Assembly: GCA_030324005.1 (NCBI GenBank)
Contig: JARDVH010000157.1
Location: forward strand, 22,704,208-22,768,207
DNA: 64,000 bases
Source of the DNA: Negaprion brevirostris
Lineage: Eukaryota
Reading direction: 5' to 3'
The position numbers and the translations under genes were made by a program. This document shows positions 61,186 through 64,000 of the stretch, in pieces. Position 1 is the stretch's first letter, and each line of letters begins with the position of its first letter. The notes beneath the pieces are model-generated. The model ran no database searches, was not told where the DNA came from, and saw only the letters and a list, made by a program, of their open reading frames with translations.

Positions 61186-63431
61186 TCAATTACATGTTAA
61201 AAGATGAGTTTTAGTCTTTGGGTGATGATACCTCATGTGCTAAAGAAAGAGTTGGTTGATGAAGTTGTACTGTATGTAACTAATTATAGATTTATAGATG
61301 TCTGCTTTCAACTTAGTTTAAATAAACATTCTTTGAAATGTACAGTTGAATGGACATGAGTTGACCTTTATGTCTGAGCAAAACTGGTCTCATGATGCAA
61401 GAAATCTGGAATATTTTTCAGTGTGCACCACCCCAATGCCACCATCACCCCCTCAGTAAAATTCCTTTTGTTTTTTAAAGACAAACTTGCATTGCTAATA
61501 CATACTTTCTGTTTGCTTCAATTTTCAACCAATGAAAATTATCCTGTGATTAATACTGGGAAGATGTTGCGTAACGTGGACATAAAGCAGGAAACAGGAA
61601 AAAAGTACAGTGTTATGTTTCCATTGTATATGAACGTAGTTGTGTAGCTAATCTGGCCAGTTGATGAAAAAGCTGTAGGATGAAAAAAGTAGTGATTGAT
61701 TTCCTTAATGTTATATCAATGAGTGTTTTTTTACCACTATAAAAGGACACCATAGAGAATCGCAAATAAGTTATTTTCTTGATGAATTTGAATCAGATTT
61801 AAGAATTTGAAAATATTCAATATTCCAAAATTGTCTACAGAAATTAAATCCAATGATATCATGCATATATCAGTTCTGGAGTTCACCAGGAGGCTGAGAT
61901 GCAGTTGTTGTGTTGTTCTAAATTAATTTCCATATTTTAAAACAAAAGCATTCCAGTTGGAAATGACACAAAATTACAGCAATTACNNNNNNNNNNACCA
62001 AGATAACTAAGCACATGGAGAGGGTTTAGTAGTTTTTGACCCGTAAAAATCAAGATGGAAGGTATCATATCCAATTTAAAGAGAATTTTACCATTGGAAA
62101 GCTTTTTGACTGAAAATGTTTTAGGAGAACCCTAGAGATTGCATGGTGTAGGTTGGTCAGCTCGGTGTCATTTTATTCACTGGCTGGTTGGTCAGCCAGC
62201 TCATGTGGCTGGTGGATTGATATGTCTGATAAAGGTGCCTCTGAATTCAAGCACGCAAATGTGGAAAACACAATCACAGCATCTTAAGTGCTTTGCCCCT
62301 TTTGGAATAATTTACCTGAATCCATACTTGTTATCCTATGTTGGTAAGTGAATACTGCATGATAAAGAGAACCCAGCTGGTTGTCAGATTAAATATGCTT
62401 AAATGCCTGGAGATTTAGTTAAACATGGTAAACATGGTACATAAAAGCCCATGTGGATCATTGTCAGAGTGCTGTTGTGTCACATGAATTTTGTGCAAAA
62501 TAAGGCTGTTTGTTGCAGATCACAGAAAATAGCTTCAGCATAGTTTTATTGTTTCTCCAGGTTCATCGACATGCTGAAAGTGTAGTTTTGATTTAATGTT
62601 TATGAATGGAAATTCTGAAACAAAAGGCAAGAAATACAGAGTTGACTGGTGAACTACAGACAAATGGAAATGATTGATTTCTGCGATTAGTCTGTCAGCG
62701 AAGAGCTGTACTTCGGGGAAGTGGACTGTAAACCAGAATGCTGTAATATTTTTAATTATTATTCTTAAGTATATGTGCGTGAAAGTGGATTTCCACCAAT
62801 TAAGAAACATAATAGTAACGTTGTGTAACTGGATACCACCATAAGAAGGCTTATTTTGGCAAACTGTTCCATGTGTATGGGTTGAAAAGCTTGCATCTGA
62901 ATATAGCAACGGCTAGAACTGCTTGTTTGGCTTCTCAGGGCCAGTTTGAACTGGAAATATCCAGTTTGACTTGGCAACTGGCCATGTTACAGTGGTAATA
63001 TGAGCTTCACTTCCTTCTCTGGTGGAGTCCTTGTGGTGCGGGGGCTGGGGGGGAGGCATGTGACTGGCATGAGTCTGGTTAACCAAGAAGGGGGAGGGGT
63101 TACATTCTCAGCCAGTGGACTGCGAAGTGCCTGTCAATTAACTTGCAGATGTAGCTGCCGCCCCAAAGAAGTTGAGCAGACGTGCGGAAGAGTGGCTGAG
63201 TGCTCTGGAAATGACTTCAGAGATTAAATACCTTTATGAGGGATTTCCAACAGCTGTGCATGTTGCAACTTGGAAAAACCTTGCTTGTTATTTTTGAATT
63301 TTGAATTATTTTTGCATTTTCTTTATGTTTGGCTCAAAAGGGTTGCAAGTATACCATGTTAGGTACTTAGTGTAATTTATACAGTTTTAAGATCAGAGTT
63401 TGTGGCTTTTGGTGATGTATCAAACAATATA

Positions 63432-63725
63432 GAATATCATAGAATACTACAGTGCAGAAAGAGGCCCTTCGGCCCATCGAGTCTGCTCCGACCACAATCC
63501 CACCCAGGACACTAAGGGGCAATTTTAGCATGGTCAATCAACCTAACCCGCACATCTTTGGATTGTGGGAGGAAACCGGAGCACCCGGACGAAATCCACG
63601 CAGACGTGAGGAGAATGTGCAAACTCCACATAGNNNNNNNNNACAGTGACCCGAGCCGGGAATCGAACCCAGGACCCTGGAGCTGTGAAGCAGCAGTGCT
63701 AACCACTGTGCTACTGTGCTGCCCC
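63432..63725 (-). mobile_element. HE1 SINE
   Basis: catagaatactacagtgcagaaagaggcccttcggcccatcg...gggaggaaaccggagcacccgg...gcagcagtgctaaccactgtgc. Confidence 0.92.
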
Positions 63726-64000
63726 TATAAATGTACCAGTATTTACTGATACATTTCTGTAGAATTAATTATGTTTAAATCCATTTATTAAATTGTATTT
63801 TCATTAGGGGGCTTCCTTTGTTACCCTCTTCCATAGATAAGCACCTGAAAAGGTCAACTGTGAGTCCCTATTGTACAATCGAATTGAATTATTTTTTCCT
63901 TTGTGCAAGTTGCTGCATTTTTAACCCACTACTGCACTTTTGCAAAATAAGTCATTTAGCCTTGATAGTTAAACTGTTAGATCTACAGGAACTTTTACAA

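Overview
Eukaryotic, repeat-rich vertebrate DNA, almost certainly from a shark (HE1/V-SINE, SacSINE1/Deu-SINE, CR1, L2, Tx1 and Penelope-like repeats), with several N gaps. Two protein-coding genes lie on the + strand. The first is the 3' end of FBLIM1/migfilin (last two coding exons 703-823 and 10449-10559, LIM3 domain, then 3' UTR). The second is the 5' part of SPEN/SHARP/MINT (CpG-island promoter about 23.9-24.7 kb; coding exons 24509-24591, 48702-49022 and 52014-52487; RRM1 and the RS/S-rich region). The gene continues beyond the window. Almost all other long ORFs are chance ORFs or transposon debris. I found no clearly new gene system. The most interesting signals, all needing RNA evidence, are candidate post-transcriptional controls on SPEN: two uORFs, stop-containing cassette-exon candidates, an intronic CpG/YY1-rich element, and an exon 2-3 block flanked by inverted SINEs that would form a stop-free circle. 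Local DNA-repair and insertion fossils are also visible: an inverted duplication preserving a Tx1 empty site, and a 22-bp templated insertion. Repeat family names come from recalled consensus sequences and their boundaries are approximate.
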